Source of the DNA: Lytechinus pictus
Lineage: Eukaryota
NCBI RefSeq assembly: GCF_037042905.1
Contig: NC_087246.1
Location: forward strand, 1,242,001 to 1,306,000
Length of the DNA stretch: 64,000 nt
Direction: 5' to 3'
Shown: one piece after another, positions 40,779 through 52,760 of the stretch
Numbering within the stretch: position 1 is the first letter of the stretch
How the letters are laid out: the number at the start of each line of letters is the position of its first letter
Position numbers and translations under genes: made by a program
Notes under the pieces: generated by a model
The model's input: the letters and a program-made list of their open reading frames with translations, nothing else
What the model was told of the DNA's origin: nothing
The model's database searches: none

Positions 40779-41365
40779 AGGGATGGTCCAGGCTGGAAAC
40801 ATATCTCAATAAATAGAGTAAAATTCACAGAGCAAAATGCTGAAAACTTGATCAAAATTTGATAACTAATTAAGGTTTTGAATTTTAAAGATTTGCATTA
40901 TTCCGGTGAAATAGTTCTAGGCATGTCTTTATGAATATTCATTAGGTTGGCTGATGATGTCATATCCCAATTGCCCTTTTGTATTTTATTATATGAGATT
41001 AGGTTTATTAAGATATTTTTAACCAAGAACTATTGACAATTGGATTGACAACTGATTAGGTGCATTAGTTATTGACGCAACTTATTTCATTACAATGGAG
41101 ACGCATCATTTACACATGTATGAAAAAATCAAACATTTATGATTTCATCTAGTAACATAAAAAAAAAAGGAAAGTGGAGATGTGATCAGCCCATCTAATG
41201 AATATTCATGACGAAGTGCATACAACTGTTTTCACAAAATATTGATAAACTTTAAAATTCAATAACTTCTTGTTATCCTATTTTGATGAAATTTTCATCA
41301 TTTTGCTCTGTGAATTTTACTCAAGTATTATTTAGATGTAAATATTTTCGGCCCGGACCATCCCT
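40779..41365. mobile_element. Kolobok-like MITE, family 3, nested in the 8-kb element
   Basis: TTAA|AGGGATGGTCC ... GGACCATCCCT|TTAA. Confidence 0.82.
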
Positions 41366-42734
41366 TTAATCCTCGGATAAAATTTTGTATTTCATTTTTT
41401 TTTTTTGCTTTGTCTTGCGTTTTTAAACATGTTCTGGGAACTGCTTTTTGAAAGTTGTCAGCATTAACAAGTTGTCTTTTTCCGACAGTTACCATAGTAA
41501 CAGTCAGAGGCCAGTGCTTCTCAGCCAATCAAAAGCAATGATTTCACTGAAATAGTCGGCACTGACAATCATGAAATACCCATCAGATGTTAGCAGATAA
41601 TGTGCAACATAGACTCCTAGATACATATATGCAAACATACTTAGTCTAAGTCTTTATTATTAAAATAAATGTATAGGTATAAGGTCGAGGCAATTTCATC
41701 TCTGCGATGTCAATTTCAGAAGTATTCCCAAGACCATGTGAACTTACTATACATGTTGTAATAAAAATGATGATGTGCTGTCTATCATTTATAATTGAAT
41801 CATTGAAATATGGAACTTAGAGAAGTTTCACTATCCCATGTATTTTCTTTATGTGCAGATATAATTTTACACCACTGAAATTTTGTATTACGGTATTCAC
41901 TGTACTTATTATTTTTCATTCCATTGGTTTTTTTTTCTAATCTTCAGATACATCGCATCTACCAGCAAAGATCAAGTGCCACTACAGGAAAGGAAGGTAC
42001 CTGTTTCACGTTTCCTCTTCAGAGCCAGTGAGGGCCCCAAGATCTCAATGAATAATAATTAAAAAAGGACTCCTTTATCATTCCTTTAAAAATAGTACAT
42101 ATTATTTATTGAAGGTAAATGCTTAGATGCATTATATTCAAATTTTGTCTCCAAGCTAGCATGTAAAAATTGGATTGACTACATATTTACTGTGTAAGTT
42201 AATGATCTTTGTTGACACATAATACAAGAATTATACACAGCATGTTACAGTTTGTAACATAATTTTCTTTCATTAAATTCCTAGTTTAAATACCATATAG
42301 ATGTTTTTTTTTACTTTTGTCATTCTCTGATGTTTTTTGGTACAGATTTCAAGAGACTGAGGGATTGATTTACCAGAGCAAGTTTACAGTCCAATCCTGT
42401 TATATTGTGCATGTGGAAATTAACAAGGTTTCAATACAATGCTACAAATTTACCTTGATTCATTTCATCAGTCCTATGTGCAAGGATAATTATTTCACTT
42501 GTCCATGCACATTGTTATAACAGGAGTGGACATTCAATGTAAAGATAATTGAAGATAATTTATAATTGAAATAACCGCCTGAGAGGGGGGGGGGGGGGGG
42601 TGTTGGTACCAATATTCTAATGTGTGTGTGCGCAAGGAAAACGAAGGAGTGATTATATGAGAAGAGTAAAAGATCGGGAATGTACATATCCACATGATTC
42701 ATTTTTGTTTATGCTATACATTGCAGGGTGTTTC

Positions 42735-43340
42735 TAACTGGTACCACTTGACAATTTATGTTTCCAACTGGTCCTAACTGGTGCTTCCAACTTGTTCTAA
42801 CTGGCACCAGTTGACAACTGGTGTTTCCAACTGGTTTTAACTGGCACCAGTTGACAACTCATGTTTCCAACTGGTCCTAACTGGCACCAGTTGACAATTG
42901 GTGTTTCCAACTGGTTTTAACTGGCACCAGTTGACACCTCATGTTTCCAACTGGTCCGAACTGGCACCAGTTGACAATTTGTGTTTCCAACTGGTTTTAA
43001 CTGGCACCAGTTGACAACTCATGTTTCCAACTGGTCCTAACTGGCACCAGTTTACAATTGGTGTTTCCAACTGGTTTTAACTGGCACCAGTTGACAACTC
43101 ATGTTTCCAACTGGTCCTAACTGGTACCAGTTAGGACCAGTTGTCAACTGGTACCAGTTGCTAACTGGTACCAGTTAGGACCAGTTGCCAACTGGTATTT
43201 CCAACTGGTACCAGTAACAATTTGTCAACTGGATTCCAGTTGATTCCAGTATTCCAATTTCCATATTGAATCCAGTTCGCTAACTGGAATCAACTGGTAC
43301 CAGTACCAGTTGGATGAACTGGTCCTTAACTGGTTTTTTG
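42735..43340 (+). repeat. Right subterminal array, 40-bp units alternating as an 80-bp dimer
   Basis: AACTGGCACCAGTT every 40 bp from ~42799 to ~43079, alternating CTCATG..GGTCCT and TTGGTG..GGTTTT variants. Confidence 0.92.
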
Positions 43341-43499
43341 ACCTGGGAACTTGTTAGACCAATGTTTTGAATTTGATTTGACATTCACGGATTAGTGGTA
43401 TTTCTCTTTTTTGAAGTTGACGAACGACTACCTGATACATAGGGATACATAGGCCCTATCTTGATTATATTTTGAGATTGACTAAGGATTTATTCAACG

Positions 43500-45077
43500 A
43501 TGTCAGAATCAGAGTCTGTGGATTGCGAATCCCCTTCTCATCCATCAAAGTTGCGGAGTTTGCTTTCCAATAACGCCTTGAGGAGCGGACCGAGTTATCT
43601 GGCAGTTGAGCCCGAGGCGTCGGACCAAACTTTCACCAATCACAGAATTACATGTAGCCCTAACTTGAGGCCTGACAATCTCGATGAATGTGGCTTGGGT
43701 TATTTGTTGTCAGTGCCATGCAACGTACCTGCGGTTCATGAAGTCAACAGTCATGATCATTTTAGAAACCAGATGTTGAACTATGGAGAGGCTGAATATA
43801 ATGCCTCATTGAATAAAACTAAAAGTATCAACAGCGGTACAAGTAGATATTCATATTCTTACGATAAACCAGGATTTGGTGTGAATGGATATGAAGTATC
43901 GTCGTCATTGCCAAGCCCGATGCCAACTTCGACTCCGGTTACCATTAACACCTTGCCCATCTTCATGTCACCTATGGAAGCGGTGAAACCATGTCCTCAA
44001 TACTGCCGATGCCATGGCTTCAACCCAGTCTCATCACCGGATTACAATGGAAACGTGTATCATATGCCTGATCTACTTCACAACACCAAACCAGACCAGT
44101 TTTCTTCCACGGGTACGTTATCGACTATGTGCTTAAATTCTCCATTGGTATGCCCAGGTCATTTCCAACCTACGACATCTTCTAGCTTGAAAACCTCCTT
44201 GCCATCACCTGCGAATGAGGGCGTGGATGTTGGTTCATCTTCTACCAGTTCGTTGTCTACCAGACCCACTTTAAATGATCTGAAGTCTCTTCCCAATGAA
44301 CAACAGGGTCCGGTGTATCCAATAGAGGTTGTCCCATCTGATTGGCTATCCACAATAGTCAAGAAAGGCATTGTCAATGAGGGCAATGAACTTGAAGCAG
44401 CAACGCCAGCGACGATGAATTCGGTTTCAGAGGCAGAACCCGACAGTTCTCAAACATCTTTGCCTGCACGACTTTCTCCTACTTCCTCCCAGAACTATGG
44501 TATACTGGATGGATCTTCCTCGCGAAGTCTTGAGAACTCTCTATCCATTGATGTTACCACCAGCAACCAACAAAACACCCAATATCGTGATATCTATCAT
44601 CGCACATACCCTGGGGTCTACCCGAGGCGTCCTGATGTTTACCAACAACCAAACTTCACTGTATATGATCCGTCCAACATCCCTCCATATCCACCACCTG
44701 AATACCCCTCCCATCATTCTCTCCCAAATTATCTCTTCCCCTCGTTTGGAAACGATCCTGGTCCTTCACCAAGGCCAGGGTACCACCCCTATCCGATGGT
44801 GATGCCCCCCATGCACCACGCCCAACCACCCTCGGGATTCTTCCGCGGGATTGGTAATTTAGTCATGGATAAACAATTCCCTTGCATGCCGATCCCTCAG
44901 CGGCCTTTGCCCCGTGATATGATGGTTGATGGCGAGGTTGATGACCACGGTAGTCCCTTCAATTCTGGAGATGATCAATGTGTTAAAAAACAGAGGATTC
45001 CACACCAGGGAGGACGTTTGGTGGACCAATTCCCTGATCTCTTGCCTGCAGTCGCTTGGTGCATGAACTATTCGCAG
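43500..45077 (+). CDS. Nested gene A exon 1: Ser/Pro-rich protein, start of the shared helical domain
   Basis: 526 open codons from ATG, GC-richer than flanks; CAG|GTAATT donor where composition switches back to AT-rich. Confidence 0.8.
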
Positions 45078-46039
45078 GTAATTATAGTATATCACCTAAT
45101 ACAATGTTTACATATAAAGGTTTCTTTATTCGTACATGAAGACAAGTACTTGGGGAAAAACAAAAATGAACTGATGGGGAAAGCATCATAGGCCCCTCAT
45201 CGTCCATCCGGGACGCGAAATTATTTTTATTTTTTACCATGAGTCCTTTTCAATCTTTTAAAACAAAAATATACTAGATTTACCATGTATGAGCCTATTT
45301 TACTACTTTTTCTGTGAAAAGTAAAAATAGAATCAATAATAATAATATGGTCATAAAAAGTTTTACTGACAACAAATTACTAAAAGGATTTAAAATCAAA
45401 GCGAAGCGATGAATTCTAGTAAAGCTTTGTATCGTATTTTAAAACAATTTATTTTCGTGGGCATTTTATCCCTATTTCGTTCGCCGGTAACCATGCCAAC
45501 CAGATGTAACTATCATGCATTAAGTGGTAAACCTTCACGATGAAACTTGCATCTCGGCGCACACTCCATTATCCGTTGCGATCCGATTTTCAAAGGAGTT
45601 TTTAAAATTTCCAACCTATATAATGAGTACTAAATCGAAATGTTAACATCAAATCATAATTAATTCATTCATCGGCTGCGAATTGAAGCCGATTTGGGTT
45701 TTACTCCGACCACATTGCTTGCCTTCAGGAAGCAGTTCTCTTCGACGCCGAACTTCAAATAAAATAATTTTACTTTACTTTCATGCTCAATGCATTATGT
45801 GATAAGTGAAATTTCACTAATCTCATAATGCATTAAATATGAAAAATTATTTTTCAGATCTATCTAAAAATAATAGTAAAATTGCGTCGCAGTCGGATTG
45901 TGTACTGTTAAAAGGATGTCAGATAAATTTTGTCCGTGACAACAAAAATCAGTGATTTGTAATTCAGGATTTATATATAATTACTTCTTATTAAATACAA
46001 AGTACGTTATACGCCGGTGCTATTCTATCTCATTCTTAA

Positions 46040-46597
46040 AGGTCAAGTCCACCCCGTGAAAATGCTGACTTGAATAAATAGAGAAAAACCAAACTAACAT
46101 AGTGCTGAAAATTTCATCAAAATCGGATGTAAAATAAGAAAGTTATGAACTTTTTTAAAATTTCGCTTATTTTTCACAAAACAGTGATATGCACAACTAT
46201 GTGAGTCAGTCGATGATGTCCATCACTCACTATTTCGTTTGTTTTTTATTGTTTGAATAATACAATATTTCATTTTTTATAGATTTGACAATAAGGACCA
46301 ACTTGACCGAACCATATAGTATTAAACAATGCTAATTCCACATGTTCAGGGAGGAATTAATCGTTGTATCACTTGACAATGAGAAAATAAGAATATTTCA
46401 TATAATAAAATACAAAAGAAAAAGTGAGTGGATGACGTCATCAGTCTCCTCATTTGCATACCAACCAGGATGTGCATATAACTGTTTTGTGAAATTAAGC
46501 GAAACTTTAAAATGTCATAACTTTCTTATTTTTACATCCGATTTTGATGAAATTTTCAGTGTTATTCTTGTTGGATTTGTTGGGGTGGACTTGTCCT
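46040..46597 (+). mobile_element. Kolobok-like MITE, family 1, copy 4 (in gene A intron)
   Basis: Colinear with 148-712; left TTAA intact, right one degenerate. Confidence 0.85.
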
Positions 46598-47419
46598 TGA
46601 CTATTCTTATGACAATGATGTGTCAGTAATCGTGGAAATGTGCAGTCCTGAGAAATATGTAGCAATGTAAAAAAATCAAATGAAATTTGTCGTTCTTAGT
46701 CATGAATTCCAGATCCTTTAGAGGATGCGTTGAGGCATTTGCACATTAATGGTTTGAAATAGATTTCAACGGTCAACCCCGTTTGAATTACCACTTGTTT
46801 CATTTTTAAAGATTTAGATATTCATTTTACCGTTGGCATTTTGTTCCGAAACATTCACTGAACGTGGGCAACGTAAAAAACACACTTTGCATATCAAAAC
46901 AAGTAGAGACATTAATAAAAAAAACAATGCATTTTTCGTTAACATTCCACTTCTGACTTTGCCTTGTATTCTATTCGGGGTGACTAGATACATTCCATTA
47001 TAACTGAATCACAGCAGATTGCACACTCTACAGAGGAATAATGAAGCTTTCCAAATTGATGAGTCATTTTCATTTTGATGCGATTCAAGCGGACTCATTT
47101 TAAAGTGGGCTTCCAAATACATTAACATTTCTAAAGCGTCCACCAATGCATTATTAGTTTGTTGTTTACTTTTAAATTGTTTGAAATTCAAAAGTATAAT
47201 ATGAAGTGTTCTGACGATGCATTTTTGTTTAACCCAGAGAGATTGAAGATTGAGAAGGCGGCAATGAGAGATGAAATAAATAGGGTACAATGCCAAGCAA
47301 AAAATGACAAACGGTATAGATATAGGGGGTATGGGAGCGCCACTAAATATGCAGCTGCATGGCCAAGTTTGACATCTATTTGATTTTCTTCCCTTCTCAT
47401 ACATTTGTTTTAATCACAG

Positions 47420-48166
47420 ACCAGCTCTTCGAAAACACTGACTGCGGAGCATATTCGCAAGATCATCATTGAAAGCGTTCCTGGGATCAAAGATCGCGGC
47501 GGTATCAGCTTGAGCGTAATTAGAAGACTAATCCGTCAGGCAAAGAACATGCCCAACAAAGTCAGCTTTGATCAGACAGAAACAACCAAGACATCTACGA
47601 TGGGAGAGGCGTCAGTTTCGCTGATGAAGCTAGCTGAGAGGGCGTTAGATTCAAACTCAGAAGGAAACACCACTGAGCTTCCACAAGATCCTGCGGATTC
47701 GTCCTCACGCTCCATGAGCAATACCGCTGGTTCTGATGCGAAGCAACCCGCTGAACCAGTCTTGCTGTCCATCATGAAATTGGTGGACACCATTCCTAAG
47801 GCGAGGGTCAGATCAAAGGCGTTTACGAAAGTGAAAAGCGCCTATCGATCACTTGGTAACGACGCGAAACCAAAGTTAGGTTCAACAGCTTCAAAAAACT
47901 CCAATGACAACGGTTCAACCAGCGACTCATCGTTCCAGTCACTCATGGAAGCACATGGTATCGCAGAAGATGAAGTTAAAAGGTTGAGCAACGTCACGGA
48001 ATCATTCCGTTCACCTCGATCAGCCAATGAAGAACACTCTGTGGAAATCGATTCGGCCAATGATCCCTCCAACGATGACCGCGTGGTATGTGATGACAGC
48101 GAATCTGATTACGTCATTGTCATCGACGAGGATGATGAGCAAAACACCCTGAAGATAACATACTAG
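47420..48166 (+). CDS. Nested gene A exon 2 (total ~774 aa)
   Basis: Pyrimidine tract plus CACAG acceptor at 47419; phase 0, in frame with ORF 47510-48166; begins TSSSKTLTAEHIRKIIIESVPGIKDRGGISLSVIRRL. Confidence 0.78.
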   Translation, partial: TSSSKTLTAEHIRKIIIESVPGIKDRGGISLSVIRRLIRQAKNMPNKVSFDQTETTKTSTMGEASVSLMKLAERALDSNSEGNTTELPQDPADSSSRSMSNTAGSDAKQPAEPVLLSIMKLVDTIPKARVRSKAFTKVKSAYRSLGNDAKPKLGSTASKNSNDNGSTSDSSFQSLMEAHGIAEDEVKRLSNVTESFRSPRSANEEHSVEIDSANDPSNDDRVVCDDSESDYVIVIDEDDEQNTLKITY

Positions 48167-51100
48167 GTGCCTTTTCGCATCTAACATTTCCATAAGATCG
48201 ATGCCGGGGTCGATGTTGGTGTTTTTGTAATAACTACGTGGTATTGTTGAATAACATACTTCATGTTCTGCTGTCATCCTCAGAGTGGCGTCGAATTCAA
48301 TTGCCGATTGCTGAACTGTTGCTGAAGTCGTTTATATATTTTACCTCGTTCTCATATTTCGGCGATTTACTCCATGTTTTAAGGAGAGGTCCACTGATCG
48401 TTGTTATAAAGGAACTTCCGGGTCAGTGGAAATATTCAGATTTGAAGAGCATTTAGGGGAAATTTAATAGGGAGCTAGCTGTGATCAGTCGAAAGTAAAA
48501 TGACATTTTAGTAACTTATGAGAATCCACGAATTCTCTTTAAATAACGCATATTATAGTAAAATTAAAAAAATGATTGTGGTAATTTCAACAAAAATTAG
48601 AGCATTTGTTTTTGGCACCATATTTTTAGTTACATAACCATTAAACAGCCTTCATAACAATTAATATCGTAATACCATAGTAGGCATAGGTAACAAATGT
48701 AACTATAGACTTCATCGAAAACCAGGGATGGATCTATGATTGAGTGGGGGATGACCAAAAACCATTTGCCAAGAATAAGGATCAGATATGGGGACAAGCC
48801 CCTCCCCCCATCTGGATTAGCCCCGGGCTATTGTTGCCGAATCGTTGCATTATCTAACAATTTGAATAATGTTTGCCACAATTATATACTACAATACTTA
48901 CGTGCCATTTGAAATAACAAAATCATCAGTATTATCTTTTACCCTATTCGAATTGTAATATTGTGAGTACGATAAAAAAAATGAAATGTGAGATCGTCAT
49001 TTTACATAGCCAGAGAGTGCATTTCACGTTACATCTCAACGCTTAAAAAATGAAAATGTAAAAATGTATCTCTGCCCATACCGCCGTTTAAATATCAATG
49101 CTGAAACAAATTATTTCAAACAATTCTTATAACAATATGATTCGTTGAAACTTTGCAGACCGGCATTCACCTCTTCTTTTTCATTCTTTTGTATTCAGCA
49201 GTTTCCAAAGGATTTTGTTTGTAACCTGTACGGTGCCAAACACATCAGTCAAAGAATGCATTTGACTGACCTTATTTAGCACAGAATTATCAGTAAACCA
49301 TCGTTCTGTGCTTTTGTAGCATTTAGTCCAAGAATTAATATAGCTCAATAAGCTATAGCTCATATTTCAGTTGTTCGGAAAAATTATGCATAACTTTTTG
49401 AACTGCTCGCATGATAAAACGTTCATGCTTTGCCTTCAGAGGTAAATTTGTTTTATTTTCCCCTTTTTGTTGGGAGAGGGTGGGGCGTGGCTTCGCATTA
49501 AGCAAAATGTGCTTGTCGGGTTTGTTACGTGTGGGCCTTTCGATCATATACTTTAAAATTAACGAACCAGATCAACGTTTGCGAGTCAATTCTTGTTCAA
49601 GTGTGTGAACAAAAATTTTTATTCTCGTCTTGTACGTAAGTCGGACTGGTTGACGATTATGTTTAGAAGTTTATTTCTAATGTGCCTGAAAAAGTGATGG
49701 TGATCGGTTTGAAAAATATAAAATAAATAGGCATTGGTCTTGTAAACCTACGCGAATAGGGGTGCACAATTCCTGTCGGTAGGGGTGCATAGTGGGATGA
49801 GGATTGATAGGTTTTTACATTCAAGGGCCTATACGTATATATTTATCATGTGAAGGTGCACTCCTCCCACAAATGACACGACGTAATGTATACATCATAT
49901 GCCATTTTCTGTCTGCATTTAGTAATGATACTTAGAATTATGCTCTCAATCTCATAAAACCCGTTTGTAATGTTTTGTCTAGATTGAATACTGGCTTACA
50001 CGAAAAGGAGTTACAGAAGTATTCTTTTTACACTAATTCCCTGGTGTGGGTTTAGGTCTCATTCATACAACAATACAAAATGGGAACAGATGAAGAAATT
50101 ATGAATAAGAAATCGAACTTTCAGGAATTATGTTTCGTCTGTCAACGAGTGGACCTCGTCGAAATGGTGCCGAATGAATTTACTTGCAAGTTCAGACTTT
50201 TTATTCATCATTTCTTCCTCTGCTTGAAATAAGAATGAATAATCTTTCTGGCTTTATAAGAAGGTACATCTGCTTGTTAGTCATTGGACCAAGGGACCCG
50301 TTTCATAAAATTTAGGATTAATGTCATTATGTCAGTATTGTAACTTTCAAGGAAACTTTGGTATTGATTAACTGCATAATCATTGATACTATTTGGGCAA
50401 AGTTTCCAAACTCCTTTATGAAAAGGCTAACATTCCTACTTTAAGGCTTGACTATTTTTGTTTTGTTTTCATACAATAATGTTGTGATAAACCAATCACT
50501 TGTTACAATAGAAACCATCGTCAGTAGATAAGGTGTTCTGTAGTTGTAGTTTTGACCTCGTTCATGCTGTTATATTCAACTGTTTGTTATCATGGTTAAT
50601 AAACGTTTTTGTCAAGGAATATCAAATCGATTTTCTGTCATTGTTCATCCTAGTAGGTTTAAACCCTTCATTATTCAGTTAAATCACATCCATTAGCACC
50701 ATGATAAGTGGAACTCTACTTTGGTAATAAATATTGGATTCCTCAAAACACTGTGTATACACGCAGGATTAACCAATCCTTTGAAAAGCGGCACGCCACA
50801 GCCCATAATCCACGTTATCAATAGGATAGTTGGATAGCTGCCAAGCTTTCTTGGAATAATCCAAACTTCCGGTCAAGTTTGTTGTCCACTCACGGGACAA
50901 CAAAAAGCACTTTGCGTGAGTTTTTGAGCAATTATTTTCTTTCGATTTAAGGGGGGGGGGGTATGTCTAAGGGCCATTTTGCAAAAAGAAAGATATATTC
51001 TAAAACGTATATCAACGTTAAGTTGAAAAGATTTTAAATAGTCGGGGAGGGGGAACCTGACGAAAGAGAAATAAACAGAACGTGAAGAGAAATGAGAAGA

Positions 51101-51184
51101 GAAAGTGCAGATGTGAGTGAGCCTGGCATAGGAGGGAGGACGAAAGAAGGGGGAGTATGGACATGATTGGGAGGGTTTACTGAC

Positions 51185-51350
51185 GGTTGGTCTAATATCA
51201 CTTGGTCTAATCTTCAGATGGGCTAACAACATTTGGGCTAAACCCACTTAGTCCAATTCTCATTTCGTCTTATGACCACTTGGTTTCAGTCTAATGACCA
51301 CTTGGTCTAATAGCCAGTTGGGCTAATCGTCACCTGGTCTAATTATCATT
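51185..51350 (-). repeat. 15-bp tandem repeat array (inverted arm)
   Basis: CCAxTTGGTCTAA units. Confidence 0.65.
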
Positions 51351-51354
51351 TGGA

Positions 51355-51665
51355 AAAGGGAGAAGGAGAGAGAGAGAGAGAGAAAGGAGGAACTGAAGGG
51401 AGAGAAGGGAAGAGACTCAGATGAAGGAAAAGACAGGAGGGGAAGAAAATGAAGAGGAAAAGAAAGAAAAAGGGAAATGGAGAGAGAGAAAAATGAAGAA
51501 AAAAACAAAAAGGGAGAGAGGGAATATGAGAGAGAAAACGAAAGAGAGAGGGAGAGGAAAGGAAGGGGAAATGAAAGGAGAGGGGAGAGAAAATGTTAAA
51601 AGGAGGAGAAAGGAAACGGGGAAAATAGAGGGAAAGGAAACGAAAAAATATAAAAGGGTGAAAAG
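51355..51665 (+). repeat. Polypurine low-complexity tract
   Basis: Almost exclusively G/A. Confidence 0.85.
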
Positions 51666-52456
51666 AAACATACATCTTGCTACCACATACAAAACTGCAA
51701 TTGTTTTTAAATATTTTGTTGGGGATAGCATTGATAATCTTATATCGGGATCGCGCGCCCGCCCGTCCACCCCCCCCCCCCAATCCATTTTATGGAGGAG
51801 AGGCAAAGAAGCAGAACAAAAAAAAAACAGAATGAGAAGATAAGATGAATGACTACTAACAAAATATTCAAAACAAAATTACATGATCTAATATATGGCT
51901 TTGTAGCTTTTGGAATCCCCCAAACTGCATAACTATTTGCTTATTTTCCGTCAAGTTCAAGTATCGTCCGTAATGGTACATAACAATGATTATAAGAGGC
52001 ATAAACATGTTTACCAGATACGTATCCACACAATCAATTACATTATATTTTCGTTCCTTCCTTCATAATAATGTTATTCTGATAATTCTAACCCCGCCAT
52101 TCGACCATTATAAACTACAAGATCCCCAACTTATTGTTTACCCTATACTTAGAATTTGTAAATGTGCATGCGGTGATGTAATGATTACGAGTATGATATA
52201 ATTTTCAGCATCATAGATATAATTGATATAAGCCTAATTATAAGAATTATATTTGATTAGAGTAATTCATTCGATGAGCGACTATCTCGTCATCGGTAAT
52301 ACTTCACGAAGAGGTTTTGCGCCCGCCACCAGCCCTACCCCGGCTCTACCTATCCGGATCCTGGCTACATGTATTAACTGATGCATGTTGTATTTATTCA
52401 TCCATGACCATATTTGGCAATTTTAGATCAAATAAATCATAATGAATTATTTTATA

Positions 52457-52760
52457 TTAGACTAAATGGACATTAGACCAATTGTGAATTACACCAAACG
52501 GTCATTAGACCAACTGGATATTAGACTAAATGATTTCAGCCCAAGTCTCAGACGATTTGGATATTATATCAAGGGGAAATTAGACAAATTGGATATAAGA
52601 CCAAGTGAGAATTAGCCCAGCTGGTCATAGACCAAATGTAAATTAGACGAATTTGATATTAGCCCAAGTGGGAATTCGGAGAATTGGATATTAGACAAAC
52701 TGGTTGTAGACGAAATGGGTTTAGACGAACTGATAAGTAGACCAAGTGGTATGCATCCGA
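52457..52760 (+). repeat. 15-bp tandem repeat array (TTAGACCAAxTGG)
   Basis: About 20 degenerate units, inverted relative to 51185-51350. Confidence 0.75.

Larger units (their letters stand above)
38020..42560 (+). ncRNA. Putative spliced, probably non-coding transcript within the transposon
   Basis: Candidate exons ~38020-38184, 38748-38914, 39613-39730, 40142-40256, 41948-42114 and 42346 onward, with pyrimidine-tract CAG acceptors and GTAA donors; no long ORF. Confidence 0.45.
35341..43347. mobile_element. 8.0-kb non-autonomous CMC/EnSpm-like transposon with cargo
   Basis: TIR CCCAGGTAAAAAAACCAGTT / AACTGGTTTTTTGACCTGGG; AA on both flanks (2-bp TSD); long subterminal CCAGTT/AACTGG arrays; no transposase ORF seen. 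Confidence 0.8.

Noticed and set aside
42735..43340. Palindromic 40-bp array as a CRISPR-like locus
   Set aside because: No unique spacers; it is the transposon's subterminal repeat.
45078..45191. C-terminal 37 aa of the 563-aa ORF
   Set aside because: Read-through past a strong donor into AT-rich intron; the spliced form restores the motif shared with gene B.
47009..47404. Overlapping short ORFs in gene A's intron
   Set aside because: No recognisable motifs, and not needed for an in-frame A transcript.
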